DNA of 64,000 nt, from NCBI GenBank assembly GCA_001949185.1, contig BDGG01000001.1, positions 2,559,324 to 2,623,323 of the forward strand, in the 5' to 3' direction. Shown here piece by piece: positions 13,572 to 27,205 of the stretch; positions within the stretch are counted from its first letter, which is position 1; each line of letters begins with the position of its first letter. The position numbers and the translations under genes are program-made. Source of the DNA: Ramazzottius varieornatus (taxonomy: Eukaryota > Animalia > Tardigrada). The notes beneath the pieces were generated by a model. That model saw only the letters and a program-made list of their open reading frames with translations. It did no database searches and was not told the DNA's origin.

Positions 13572-16391
13572 CTAAAAGCGTAAAGCTAACCGGGATGAAA
13601 TCGCATGAGACTCGCCGCTGGTTGAAGGCGAAGGACTGACGGAGCCTTCCGTTCCGCTGTCAGTGACAAAGTCTTGGTTGACCGTATCGGCTTCTCCACT
13701 TTCGTCGGTGTCGCCAGAGGAGAAGCTGTAGAAGTTTGAGTTGTCTTCGTCAGAGTCGTCTTCCTCGCTCTTCTCCTTGTCGTGGGTGACTGCTAGCGGT
13801 GACTGTCCGGGAGGAGTTCCGGTATCGAGCGGAGGACTTCCAGGACTTTGAGGGTCCTTCGAAGCGGTCTTTGGATGATCACGTTCGGAAATGTCGATGG
13901 GATTCCCGATGTTGCCTAACATCTTGATGAAGTCCAGAGCTGCGAAGTGTTTCGGAGTGGGCGAACTTTCTGGTGCTTGCTTTATCAGCTTCCTCATCAC
14001 AGACTACGACAGAATGTAATCGTAAAAAAAACCCGATCGGGTGGCCGGCAAAACAGATTGACCAGACTGTTTCCATCAGTGGTGCACGCTCCTAGCCAAC
14101 ATCGCTGAAGACGTGCGCCACTTAGAAGAACGATCTGGGCGAGCTTGTTCGCCGAGCTCCCAAACATCCAGGTTACTGTAGTTTTGAATTTAACCGTCCT
14201 GCTTAGGTTTAATCGAACATACTCAAAGATTTTAGCACGACTTGATCTATCTGCTGGCGAAAGGAAAAACTTTCTATTACCGAAGGAAGCATTGTTGCTG
14301 GTGTGAAGGCCGGTCGGACGATACCAAAGTCCGCCAAGAGATCTTCAGCGTAGCACACGCCGAAATGTGTGGGATCAAACTCGCGTCTAAAAGCTGAAGA
14401 ATACAAACGGTTGAAATTAAAAACAGTCACGGTCGAGAAGCCGCATCGCTGACGAAGGTCCTCCAAGTCTCTTAGGAAGCGACGCTTTTGCGCGGCATGC
14501 GTCAGCGCTAGCAGTCGGTTGGCTCCCGTCCCGATGACCTATTGATAGGACAGCACTCGCGATGAAAGTGGAGCAGTATCATGAAACAGGCTGTAGGAAC
14601 TTACATGAAACGTGGTGGAGAACATTCCCAACAGGTCGATGAGACGAGTACAGCCAAAGTCCGCCACTCGGCAGGTCTTTCCGTAGTTCATACGGTAAGT
14701 CTGGACGAACTCTCCAAAAGGCAAGGTCGACCGACGTTGGGTCAACAGCATGTCGTGAATTTCGCGCCGGAAACGACGAAACTCCATCGAGCTGTCCTCG
14801 GTGACTGCAAGGAGGAAGTATCAGACATCATTAGAGCTACCAACCAGAAAAGCGTTGAACAAAGATATTCTCGTGCTTTGCTTGTCTAACCTATCGTACA
14901 AGCTTACTGTCAGGTTCCTAAGGACCAAACGGGGCACACTTACCATTCAAATCGGGCGAGTTCAAGACGATCTTGCGGCTTTCGTACGGAAGCTGCTTGA
15001 AGCTGACGTTCTCCACGCTACGAAGAAGCTGCTCCAAGTAGATACCTCCACTCTCATCCTCCTCCAGGGTACCGAAGTGGACTTGGTAACAGTTTATGAA
15101 CCTGCAACAGCACGTGCGCCTGTCAATAGACAAACAGCGAAGTTAGATTTCTTGACGGTTGCTGGAACTTACGAGTTTACGTTCATCGACCCTCCATGAA
15201 AATTCAACAACGCCAACACATTCTCGCGAAACTTAACAAGGGGAACACGAAAACAGGTAACGGAAACAGTAGCATTTCGGGTTATAAAACCAGGAGCCGG
15301 AGGATTAGGGAAACACTTGGTGCAGTACGCCAACTGCTGCGTATCAAGGCATCCCTGTAAGAAAAATTACTCAATCAAGAGAAAAATTCAAGATTTCAGT
15401 CCAGAGTCAACAGGACCACTCAATCATTCCGCACCAGCACAGGGAAAAAAGAAATCATGAGTTAGTTAGCAGAGAAGTCCTGCAGAAAGTCTCACCACAG
15501 CTGTGGTCTTACCATGCTAGCCAGATGTGTTCGCCATGTCAAAGCAGCGGGCAAGAGTCGGACCATCTGAACTCCGTTTTCCGTAAACCGCTCGACGATC
15601 TCCGGCATCTTCATCAGCTCTGAGATACCTAGCGATAAGTCATACCTGGATAAAGAAACCATATATTAGAAATACAGTCATAAAAAAGAACCGTCTAACG
15701 CAACTTTTCGGGTGGAATCAAAGGTTCAGAATACTCATTCGACTTCTTACTGTTCCTCGAAAATTCGAGTAAGTTCGGTCAACGGTAACCTCTGCTTGTT
15801 AAGATTCACAAAGACCTGAGTAACTGCTTCCCTGAAAATAGGAGCAAAAGGTTGACCGACATTACGAAACAAACTTCCAAGTTCGATCGTTAACAGCTCG
15901 TACTTGTAAGATACTGGAGGAGGCAAGTTCGGATCCACTTCCGAAAACTCCATGCTGCGTCCGAAGAATGTGGTTCTTTGGAACATCTTGACCACGTTCC
16001 TCATGTCAGCAACGGATGGCACCACAAGGTGCCCATTAATGCTTCCAAACATATCCGACTCGACCGACAAGTGAATAATCTGGAAGAAAACAGACGTTTT
16101 GAACTTCCTCATCCTTGAAAATGAGCAGTGCAAAAACGGCCTGCTTACCAGTACATGACTTTTCAAAAGACGGAAGAGACTCTTCTGCAGCTGCTCCTCG
16201 TCGTAGTCTCGATTCAGGCGAAGGATGTAGATGCTGACTCCTTTCCTGGGCTCGTCAAAGTGATAAGGAAGCTGGTAAGGTCTCGACGGAGGCGTCGGCA
16301 TCTCCCACGGAGACTCCATCTCCTCATCATGCATCCAAACTTTGAAGAATCGTCGAGGCATGGTAAACCTGATCACCCGAGGAGGATGACC
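13572..16391 (-). CDS. MARF1: MARF1/Limkain-b1-like protein (RRM plus tandem LOTUS/OST-HTH domains, acidic tail); 5' end uncertain
   Basis: RRM GVSIYILRLNRDYDEEQLQKSLFRLL...; LOTUS repeats FRREIHDMLL...LPFGEFVQTYRMNYGKTCRVADFGCTRLIDLL and QKRRFLRDL...FDPTHFGVCYAEDLL resemble the C-terminal MARF1 repeats. In-frame ATG at 16361; possible upstream exons are unresolved. Confidence 0.75.
14062..14138. mobile_element. Palindromic mini-element copy B, in intron about 14004-14176
   Basis: ccagactgtttccatcagtggtgcacg...cgtgcgccacttagaagaacgatctgg. Confidence 0.65.
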
Positions 16392-17405
16392 TACGGAAGG
16401 GATTGAGGTGAAATTCGGACAGGCAATATGGACCGGAAAGATGAGAGAATATCAGGAAGGCTCGATTGCTCCTTATAGATCAAGATCTCCAAAACGTGAA
16501 ACGTAAACTGATCGCAACCTCCTCATGATCCATGAGAAAAGATAGGACATTGCCCAGTTGAGGGCGGTGACGTCAGCAAAACACGCAAATCGTGACTGAC
16601 AAGGACATTCTCCCTCTGGACATTTGGAATGGTGGAAGTCACTCCTAACCAGCGTTCCGCAGGAGCCTGCAGATGAACTTGAAGAGCCCAGAAGAAAGGG
16701 GAGTATTCACTTCGGCCATCAGACGATATCTCAAGGATGACGGATTTTACCCTCGGTGAGGGGTCTCACGGTGTGGTCTTTCGGAATCTCCAGCTCTAAG
16801 CTCTCATACGAAGACTGTTTGTTTCTCGCCCTGCTGACAGCCTTTGGACGCTTTCCCGACGTAGTTAAAAGACTTTGATTTCAACTACTTGGGAAGATTT
16901 AGTTCTTTCTGCATCCGCTATTTTGGATTCTTCGAAGATCATTGAAGAAAGTCCACTTTATTATTTTGCTGCGTTCCGGCGTACTTTCTTCCTTCTGGTG
17001 CTCAGTTTTGTTACCTTTCCTGTATTATACACTGATTCGGTGAGTGCTCCGTCACAGCAAACTCTCTGTACCGCCATGAACACTGCTGTTCTGGACTCGA
17101 TTAAATTTAGTCAACAAAGACAACCGGAAATTCTTGTATTAAAAATTCAAAGTTGGTGAACATTGATATTGTCGTGAGGAAAACGGGCGAAAACTACTTC
17201 TATTATTATGGAATTGAATTACAACCAAGATAAAAAAACCAAAGTTGAAACAAGAAAACTATAAACAGCTAAAATCTACTATTGAGCTACTCTCGCATCA
17301 TCAATCATTAATCGAAAAACCCACCGGAAGTGTTCCATCATCCGAATACCCTACTGCCCGAAACTTCACTCCACTAGGAATAACACAAGTTTCGGCTTAA
17401 TAGCG

Positions 17406-20400
17406 CTACTCAGGATCGACTCTTTCCACGAAGCCCGCTGCCCTTGACGAGACATCCAAACGTGTCATGGGAATGACGGCAGTGCCTGGCGTAGTTTTCG
17501 CCTCCTTCGACGACCTCGCTCGATCCCGGCTCTTTTCTCTACCTGCAGACTTCGAACTTGATTTCGGTCGAGAATAAGCAGTTTCTCCGCCATGGTGGGA
17601 CCGGGGAATGGACAGAGATTCGTGTATTATTGCCGGTGAATTTGGTCCAGTTGATCTCGAGGGCGCGAAAGACATGCGTATCGCCCCAGCCTACGAACAT
17701 TTAGCTACTTCACTAGAAATTCCATGCAACTGGCAACTCGGACGAAATTACTGGCTCTACGGAATACGTTAAGAAAGGATGAAGTTAGTGCGTAAACATA
17801 CGTCATTGGTTGATCCAGGAGCATTCGCGTAATTGGGATGCGCCGTACCCGCCGGCAGATCCAGTAAAGTATTGATAGCCGTCAGCTTCAGTTCCCTTAT
17901 GCGCTCCTGGTTCTTACGAACCCTTGTTGAAGCAGCCATCGCCCGAATGGAGTCGTCAAATACCACTCTGGAAACAAATCGTTTTAGACTAATTCCGATA
18001 AGATTTTTATGAGAATGCCTTCAAAGCACCTCATTAGTGCCTCGAAGCGGTTGTCCATGTTCCAAGGTGCGTCACTGATGGAACTAGAAATCTTTTGCGG
18101 AAGCTGCATCTGGACTTGGAAGAAAATGGACTTGACCAAGGTCTTGCTTTCGGTGCCCGACAGAGCATTCACGTCGTGAGAGCGATGGTTGGACGGGTTG
18201 GTCGCCAGCGAGCAGCAGCAGACAATCTTCTCTCTTTGTTCTTTCTCATTCAGCAACTGAACACTGGGCAGCACATACGTCTCTTTCACCACCGCATAGC
18301 CCAATTTCCGATTGTCCGGTTCAACGAACAGCATCTGCCACTGGTGTACTATGAGGAACCTTTTCACCCATTTCTCTTCGTCAGAAGGACAGAGAAGTAT
18401 CTGAGGAGGTCGAGCTGTGGCGTTGAGAGAGGGACGGGTGGCGAGATGGGTGTGAAAGGGTACCACAGTACAACTCAAAATAGTATCACAGTTATTTATG
18501 TCAACCACGTCCCCGATCTGGACAGACTGGAAAGGAGCGGGCATTTCTTCGGTCGAGGAGGTCTGCAAAAGTCCTTTCAGGTAACCGGAAGCTTCTTTTC
18601 CGGTGTCGCTAGCCGGCTCGGATGAGTAAGCCTTCTGTACCTAAAAGAAGAGTGGAAAGTTATAACGAAATGTATAATCAGAGCCTACGCAAACAATCTC
18701 GGTAAAATCGTTTTTTCAAGTGGCGCACACTACAATCCAACAGCACTGAAAACGAATGCCCCTTGAGAAATCAGTCTTGTTGAGTTTGCTTTCCGAGCTT
18801 CCGAATTTCAAAGTGCGAAAGAAAGCTCAGTTAAGCTTGGAAATTTTAATTTCCGTACAATTTATTTTGAGTTTTTGTACCTTGTTGGTTAATCGTCGGA
18901 GTATGAAGAAGATCCGCAAGTAGTACCGGCATTTCTCGTCCAAACTCAAGGGCCACCGTTTACACAAGTCTGGAAAGCCTTTCTCTTGGGCGGCGGTGGG
19001 AACTTTGGCGCTGACAGGCCTAACGACCTCCGCTGCTGACAATGTATCTGAGGTTATCTTCCAGGAGACAGGTCGTGGACAGCAGCCGATTAGGACGGCG
19101 ATTTCTTTGTCGAGCAGTTTCTCCAGATGGATCCCTTTGGCGAACTGACGCTGAACGTGAACCTCGAGTTCGACCAGACCAATGAATGCATCGTCGTTCT
19201 GAGGGAAGCAATTTCTGATTAAAGGAACACCACAATAATCTAGAGTAGGACAAGAACAGTACCTTGAAGAACCTTCGTAACAGCAAGCAAGACTGTTCTC
19301 TTGCGTCGAGCAGCACAGCAAGATGTTGATCTTCCAGCGAGCCAAAACTTCCTCCGGTGGTGCATTCGTCGATGAAAATGCACGCGAGCCGTAGAACGAT
19401 CACACGACATATCGAGAAACCTGTGATCATGATAAAACAGAAACAAGGTTACGTGACTGAATAAAGCATAATGGCCACAAAACTACCAAGGTAAAAAACT
19501 TACCGGAAACGGCAATCCGTTGGACCAAAGAAACTACAGTTGACAGCTGCAGCGGCATATCTAGCATGCTGTTCACCTTCTCATCAGACTTCCTGCAGAG
19601 GTCCATGAGCACAATCAGAAAGATCAAAGCGAACAAAGGCAAGCGATCGTCGAACGGAAGCATCTTATCGTTCGTATCGAAGAGCGAAAGGCACATCACC
19701 AACCCACGACCCAACAATACCGCATCCGTGAGTATCAGCGATATGTTGGTTAAGTTCAATGCAACAAAACTGAGCAGAACTAATGAGAAAATTATTTCTA
19801 TCACAAGGTTGTGTCGTACGGCAAGATCATGGTTCTGCCGGAGTGCCACGAGGTTGTTCGAGATGGGAAGAATGAGGAATGGCAAAACGTACGACTGGGA
19901 AATATCTGACCGGACACGGGAGTTGAGAGGTTCGACCCTCAAGTCGAGAAGGTCGTTGAGGTACTGCACATATTCCATGTGCTCGACCATCATATCCTGG
20001 AATGCGTTCCCCCTGGGAAAATGCGACATGCAGTTAGAGTTTGACATCACACGTCAACATGTATGGCGATCCAGGAACGATAAGTCGACCACACCATTTA
20101 ACGGTTAGAATCAATAGGTGACCGACTTATTATTGTTGCTCTACAAAGAAAACAAGCCTTACTGCTTTTGTTGGTCACTCCAGGCTTCGACTGCACGTTG
20201 TTTCAAACCGATCATATCTTCAGCATGATCGGAGGACGATTCTTGATACAAAGACTCATCTCTGAATCCTTCGATCAAGTTGCTCTGGTCCAGGAACGTC
20301 TTCATTCGTTCAATCTGAGACGTCAGAATGGACAGCAGACATTCGAGAAGTTGACGAGGTAACTCGGGACTCCTAATGTAGCTCCTGTCCGGCGAAGTCA

Positions 20401-21572
20401 AATCCCGAACTCTAAAACAGTTCAGAACGACAGTTCGTGCGGCTATTCTAACCTGTATATTCATAACAGCTTATTAGAAAGATGAAGTAAAGACCGAAAG
20501 AGGATCAGGTGGCTCACCATAGTTTCAGGAAACCTGAAGAGTGATAAGGCTCTGAAGAATAGCGGAAAGACCGGGACAGTGTAAGAGGGATCGTCGTTCT
20601 TCCTCGACATTTCCTCCTGACAGAAGAAATGTATGGTATGGGCATTCAGCTTGTTTGAGAGAATCTTGAGGAGGGAAACGTAATGCGCCAGAATCTACCG
20701 CATACAAACGAAATTGACAAGTATAAAGCGGAATAATGTATGGGCCTTGATGCACTTGGGAGAAATTGTCGATTCGCACCTCGTCATCCGTGAAATCGAA
20801 TGGGCATTCGATTATCTGGTTGATGAAGTTATTTGAGAGTAAGAAGTATAACGACGTGTCTTGGCTAATGTTCTCGAACAAGATGTGGAGGAGTTGGAGG
20901 ATCTGCTTGCAGACATGCCTTGCTGCAGTAATGCTGAAGACTTCGGCAGCTGCTGCTACCCGAGGAGACACCTTCTTCGCAATTTTCTCGGTCGTTGAGA
21001 GGGAAGTTGGAGGGGGCGAGGGGGAAGTTTCTGCAAGTGGAAAGACGATAGGGACAATGATAAAGAAAGGTTTAGGAGAGCGTTACTGTATATATACCGT
21101 TGTTCGAAGAGTCCGCGGTTGGAGAGCTACTTCCGGTGAAGACAGCTCCGCACTGCTGTAGGATCGACACGAAATACGCCAACATGTGTTTCTCCAGAAA
21201 CACCTCAAACACCGAGGGGTCATTCTTGTCTCCCCAGATAAGTATCTCGGAGATGATCCGTAGCACGGCGACGATTTCCGGTGAGTTGGCATCTCCGATG
21301 ACAGGTTCGCCCGTTAATAAACCATATAGCGTCCTGCAATCATCCATTAAGCAATTACACATATAAAAATCATATTCCCACTGAACTCGTGATTTTCAAA
21401 ACTACCTTAGCCTTTCCGCAGAGAATTCAGCGTCGGTTTTGGCTAGCTCTTCCCGTAAAACGGTGCTTGCCTTCACATTGTTCGGAGTGGATTTTCCGCT
21501 GTCACCTACGCTCGTCCTGGAGCCACCACCTGCGCTCTTGTGATTCGACAGCCACCACCGAGGATTGAACAT
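17406..21572 (-). CDS. CLEC16A: CLEC16A/Ema/GOP-1 (FPL domain) endolysosomal protein, multi-exon
   Basis: LRIISEILIWGDKNDPSVFEVFLEKHM; QILQLLHILFENISQDTSLYFLLSNNFINQIIECPFDFTDDE; VRIAARTVVLNCFRV; C-terminal RFLIVHQWQMLFVEPDNRKLGYAVVK; ATG at 21572 (MFNPRWW). Confidence 0.9.
18710..18770. mobile_element. Palindromic mini-element copy C, in CLEC16A intron about 18641-18880
   Basis: gttttttcaagtggcgcac...gaatgccccttgagaaa. Confidence 0.55.
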
Positions 21573-22239
21573 CCTGCTCCTCCGTGCCCGCAGGTTCTCT
21601 TAGCTACTGTAAACAGGCAAGTACATGTCCTCCAGACTTCGGTTCAGCGCTGGCGTGGAACAGTGATTAGTAGAACAATAGCTGCGGGCTTATAGCGAAA
21701 GAGCTTTCCTCCAGAAGATGGGTCCTGTTCCATCCAGATCTATTTCCATGCAACGTTTGCGATCCCGTAAGCCCCTCAGTCTCAGATAGTCGATGGCACT
21801 CAGCGAAGGGTGCTTCGATATGACGGAAGATGTCTTATATAACAGTAACCGACAAGGATGCTTATACAATATCCTAATGTCCTAATCTTTGGTATAAGAT
21901 TTTGCAGATAACTCGAAACGCGCAGGACGGCCTGCCATCAAATTCAGTGAAGCATGCGGTCCCCCCCTCATTCGACAATCGACACGGTTTGAGTCAAACC
22001 GTTCGCGTGACCGATCTGACTCGAGCCGATGGAAGGACGGCCAGATTGTTGTTGTTCAACTTTTGCTTTTTTCTACTCCCGTTTCCTTCCAAAGATTTTC
22101 TGGACCTTAATACTGTCCGTAACATTGTTCGACCACCCGATGCTTAATCTGCGTTCACCGAGGAACGGGACAGCGAACGACGAGAAGAGTTTTCCACAGC
22201 AGATGAGATCAGCGCGGGAACAACTTCGATACGAAGACA

Positions 22240-24156
22240 ATGGAGCAACTGGTATCAGTACCAACGGACATCATCGTTGAGCTTTGGGGACCAATCTTCT
22301 CGACTCTGACTGCTCTGAAGACATCACTTCTCGAACTCAAGACTACTTCAGCGGCGGATAACCCCTATCCATACTATCCAGAGAATACATTTCCGTCTGG
22401 TATCATTGTTATGTTACTAACGTGTAACAGCTCCATGTCAGAATCACTTATACAGTACTGGTCTTTTTCAGAGCCTCAGAATGCCGAGTACAGCCAAAGT
22501 CCAGGCTTAGAAAAGGGACCGCTGTATATTTCTGACCACGGAGCGACGGAACAGAATGCTGGACAACCCACAGCCTGTGCTTCTTCAAATGAGCTGCTTG
22601 AAAGAGCGCTCGCTGAGGAGAAGACGAAAGTTGAGCAACTAACGCGCGAGATAGAAAGACTAACAACGCTCCTGGAAAGCCAGAAGCTTCCCGTCGATCA
22701 ACAAGATCGACAACAAGATCGACTAACGTCAGCGCAGCAAGAGATACTCAGGCTGGAAGAACTGAATAAAGAAGCTGCGGACGCATTACTTGTCTTACGG
22801 AATGATTTGGTCGTCGAGAGAGAATCCAATCGAGCGCTGCTGCACAATAACCAGTTCATGCTGAGTGCTCTGGAAACTACGAACGTTAGTTTCCTTGAGA
22901 GCGCATGCAATACAGAAGTGCAGTGTGATTTGGCATTGGACGATCTCCAGCAAGAGTTGGAAGAACGAGCAGTGAAAATCAAGCAAGAGTTCCAAGCACA
23001 GTACGATGGTCAAGTGAGAGAGTTCGCGCGTGCGGCAGCTGAGAAGGATGAGGAAGTCAAGAGGCTCAAAGGCGTCGACAAACGAAATGCTGAACTAACG
23101 AAGCTGGTAGCGAAACTTCGGAAAGATTTGGCTCAGCGGGAAAGCATGAGTTCGGCTAGAAAAGATGTCGGTCCTACCTTCACCGAATGTAAGTTCGAAA
23201 ATCTTTTCGTTGTCTTTCTACTACGTTCGTATCGATCGTTTCCTTGTTCATAGTGTTGATAAACTCTGCGCGACGAGGAACGCCCCTGAGGATCCACGAA
23301 AATGATGTCTATCGGTAATACATGGCTCTTCTCAGTCTTAACCAGAAGCGGAAGTGGTTTCTGGGACGAAGATAATTGTAGCAATATAATTTGATAGAGT
23401 GATTCCGTTTTGTTGACAGATCCACCTCACTGAATGCTTTGACGGAGCCCGACATGGCTCTGGAGTCTGCGAGCATTCCCACTTCTCGACATTCCTCTAT
23501 TTCCGACATGTCAAACCCAAGTGAGTTTCGCCTAAAAAATTTTATGTTCTTAATGGCGCACCTGGATAGGTGTCTTCTGACGTGGCTACTGTTTCTTTCT
23601 GGTAGGTAACTTCAAGTACAAAGACATCACTCCAACCCGACTGGCGGAACTGGAGAGAAGAAACAAGGCACAACAACCCCATCTGAAATCTTCCTATCCC
23701 GTTGAATCGACCGACCGCGCTTGGCGACATTCCCCCACCGAAGTGAAGCTTTACCATTCTTGATAACTAAATGGTTTTTCTTTCTGGAACGAGTCAGTGG
23801 CGTATAACTTTGTTCGCTCAAGGTACAACAAGGCAACTACTACAAAGAAAACGTGGAGCATGTTGAGAAGTTGTCGAAGAAGGCCGGGTTGTTGAAGAAA
23901 CTGCAGTCATCCCTTCACAAGCACAAGAGCAAGGCAGTCTTGGACAGCAAAGAAAACATACCGGATCTGGTGGTCAAGGTGAGTTCCATACTCTCGTCGT
24001 TATCTGTTCTGTTCGTTTTTCCCTAAGGCATCAACTCTGAAATTATGATACGTTGACTTACAGACACCCAAGATGACAGAGAAGCCTGTCGCTTTCACCG
24101 TGGACATTACTCCGCCTGGAGTCTCGAAAAAGTCCCGTAAAAACGTGAAAAAGTAA
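22240..24156 (+). CDS. Uncharacterised coiled-coil protein with Pro/basic C-terminus, multi-exon
   Basis: Long E/L/Q/K heptad-rich ORF (LLERALAEEKTKVEQLTREIERLTTLLE...) followed by several GT-AG exons ending ...SKKSRKNVKK* at 24156; no family recognised. Confidence 0.6.
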
Positions 24157-24531
24157 CTGAATAGGCGTGATTTAAGTTTTTGACGTAGCTGTTTGACCAC
24201 ACAAAACGCTACCTGTAGTAACTGCTCCGATTTTTTCATTTCTCATCATATTGTCCGGGGCCGCCCATGTCGGCGAGGTAGGCTGGGTTTTTAAATGGTA
24301 CGGCGTAATATTTCATTGATTTTTGTTAGAACTACTACGCAAAAGCTATTGTGGCGTTTTTTTCATGCTCATGGACGAAATCCCGTAAATATTGTTGCGA
24401 ATCTTGGACGGGATCTTGGCCAATCTGTTTAATACCAGATGTCTCTAGGTGATCCAACCATTTTTCTTGCAACAACTACAGGTGTCTCGAGGCTCCATAT
24501 TTCGAGAGGTGTAATTTGCGAGACGTAGACC

Positions 24532-25936
24532 ATGGACAAGATGGAGAGCGCGGCTCTCCTTGTAGCTGGAATGAGTGGTGTCGGAAAGGTATCCTACATC
24601 TTCGATTTACTGCTGAGGACCTTTGCTAAGGGGGCCGTCTATTGTTTTTCCAGACTACTCTCCTTCGAGGAATGCAAGGTCTGTCCCACGATCCTCTCGG
24701 GAACGTCTCTACATGTGTCTGCGATGTGGGCATTGTCAAGTCTCGGTTAGTTGGCCGTAAGTCTTGTCTAATCCTTCCAAGGTTTCACACATTCTCCATC
24801 TTTCCAGTTACAGTATTTAGGAGAGCAAATGAACTCGATAAGATAGCTTCATTTCGAGTGGCGCACGCTCGCAGTCGATGGTACATAGAACGTGCGTCAC
24901 TTGGCAAAACGATCTTGTCGACTTCATTTGCCATACTGCCGTGTGATGACCGTTTTCCACGTCGTAGGAGTGGAAAGTCCCACGAAGAAGAGCCTGAAAC
25001 CGCGCTGACGTTCTTTGATCTCGGTGGTTCTCCGAAATTTCAGACTGGTCGGATATCGGTGTACTGTCATGCGGGGGACTCCATCAAAGGCGTCGTCCTG
25101 GTGTTTGATATTTCGAATCGCAAATCTTTCGAGGCGCTGAAAGACTGGTACCGGGAACTCAGCGTCGTGTACCCGATCGATCACCCCGACATGTTTGTCA
25201 AAATATTAGTCGGGAACAAGGTTTGTACTGTCTTTTGGTTCTTTATCTCGCAAAAGATGGCCGAACGTGCTGGTACTGATGTTTTTATTTCTCGACACAG
25301 TAGCTGGACAAACAGACGCTCTCTGTGCCGATGCCGGAAGTGGAACGATGGGCTGACAAGCACGGCTTCCGGATCTGCCTGACGGCGGCTCGTGATGGTC
25401 GAGGTGTACCGGAAATATGCCCGGTAGGTCCACGTTACTTCTGAACGACAGGCAATTTGCATAACAAATTCTGTCGTTTGTTATGGATTGACACGTAATC
25501 GATACACCAGGACGAATCAATGACAACTGACGCATTCTAGGACAAGTGTGTTTTCTTTAGTTTATTGTGGAAATACTACGGAGCTCGAGACGAAAGAAGG
25601 AAGGTGCAATAGTTCCAGCCGATCAATGGAAAGTGACACCTGAGCAAATGATATCGGTTTATCGAATCATTTACGGGGAGAACGAGTGGGACCGCTTAGG
25701 CCTTACGGCTGAAGCTAATGGGTACGCAAAGTGGTTCTGTAGGGCGCTTCGAAATTCAAAAAGATTTTTTCAAAATATTGTATCGTAGGACTATGGTTGC
25801 AAAAGCTTATCGAAGACTTGCTGCACAAATCCATCCCGACAAATGTCCCCTGAACGGAAGCGGCGAAGCTTTCAAACTTCTAACGGCCAGCAAGGATATG
25901 TTACTTTCTCCAAAGGATAGATTGACAATAAAGTAG
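24532..25936 (+). CDS. DNAJC27: Rab-like GTPase fused to a C-terminal J domain (RBJ/RJL family)
   Basis: G1 GMSGVGK|T, G3 FFDLGG, GVVLVFDISNRKSFEALKDW, G4 GNK|LD; J domain WDRLGL...KAYRRLAAQIHPDKC...GSGEAFKLL. Confidence 0.85.
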
Positions 25937-26275
25937 GGTTCTTGCTGCCATACCTCAATTTTTGAATTTAAAGTCACCTTAACTTGATTGGCCTCTTTGG
26001 TTTTGTGCTGCGTTCGTCGTGGAAGGCAGGACGCTTTCTGACTAAAGCTCTATCAGATGAGAGGTCGAGTAGTACTCTGAATTTCACTAGGCGAGCCGTT
26101 CGGCTACGACAGCGAGCTAGAGTTTAAAGTCCACAAATCTGACAACGGCAATCTACACGGAAATCAGAACCGTCCCGTTCGAGGCTTGCAGGCTTTAGAA
26201 ACTGTTGCAAAGCTCTTTGCATTTTGTGACTGGTAAATTATCTCGTCACTTTCTGAGGATAGACTTATTACAACA

Positions 26276-27205
26276 ATGGCGAAATTCGCTCTAGGAACTC
26301 TTGGTGTGGTTTCTTGTGCCGTGGTCTTGGTGGCCAGCCAGGAAAGCGAAGGGATGGGCAGCACGATGGGCGGCGGTATGATGGGAGGTCCCGAAGGCAT
26401 GATGGGACATGGAGGAGATCCTTGCGATCAGGGAGGCATAGTCATGTGTTTCCTTCCCTTTATGTCCTGGGCCATGTCTGGAGCTGCTCAACAGTTCACA
26501 ACGGAAAGTGACATAACCCTTCCCCAGTTCAACCAGATTTGCCAGTAAGTTCACAGGCTGTGACTAAATCTCGAATACATGATTTTGTCCCAATAAATTT
26601 CTTCGACAAATTTCGGTTCTTGGTTTTAGTCGACTTGTATACCAGCCTGTAACTGGACCTAATTTTTCATTTTTAGGCTCAGTAAGACCGCGGCTACGTG
26701 CTTCCAAGCTTTCACTGATCGATGCATTCCTCAAACGTACGCGGACGTCCATGTCGGGACCTCCGGTATAGTGAAGATGCTTGAGCTTTGCAATGAACCC
26801 GAAATTTTCCCCAAAGTGCAGAAATACGTTGCGTGTGGTCGAAAAATCAACGATACCCTTGAAAGATGTGGCAACAGCGTCAAGGAGAGTATGCCAAAAG
26901 ATGTCACCGGTGGCGAACCAATGGCCGCACTCCAACGTCAAAACGCCGTGCGCGACTTATGCTGGTACGAAAAAAAACCCATTCGGTTCGTTTAAATACC
27001 CTGTTCTTCATCTGCGTCAAACTGAGTCGACTTGGGTTTTCTGCATAGTGTTGCGAAAAAGTTCGAAAAGTGCTATATGCCGGAAGTGAGTGGACGGTGC
27101 GGAGCAGAAGCAGTTCCAATCAACCAAGAGTTCTTGAACCGTGTCTACGCCTCGTTCCAGTGCGCGAATCACCTTACGAACTGTCCTGCTGCACTCTCCA
27201 CTTAA
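26276..27205 (+). CDS. Secreted Cys-rich, probably helical protein with Met/Gly-rich N-terminus; 3 exons
   Basis: Signal peptide MAKFALGTLGVVSCAVVLVAS, then GMGSTMGGGMMGGPEGMMGHGG, then regularly spaced Cys including LC|CV...KC...RCG; stop at 27205. Cys spacing is reminiscent of DUF19/DUF1397-type proteins (not verified). Confidence 0.75.
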
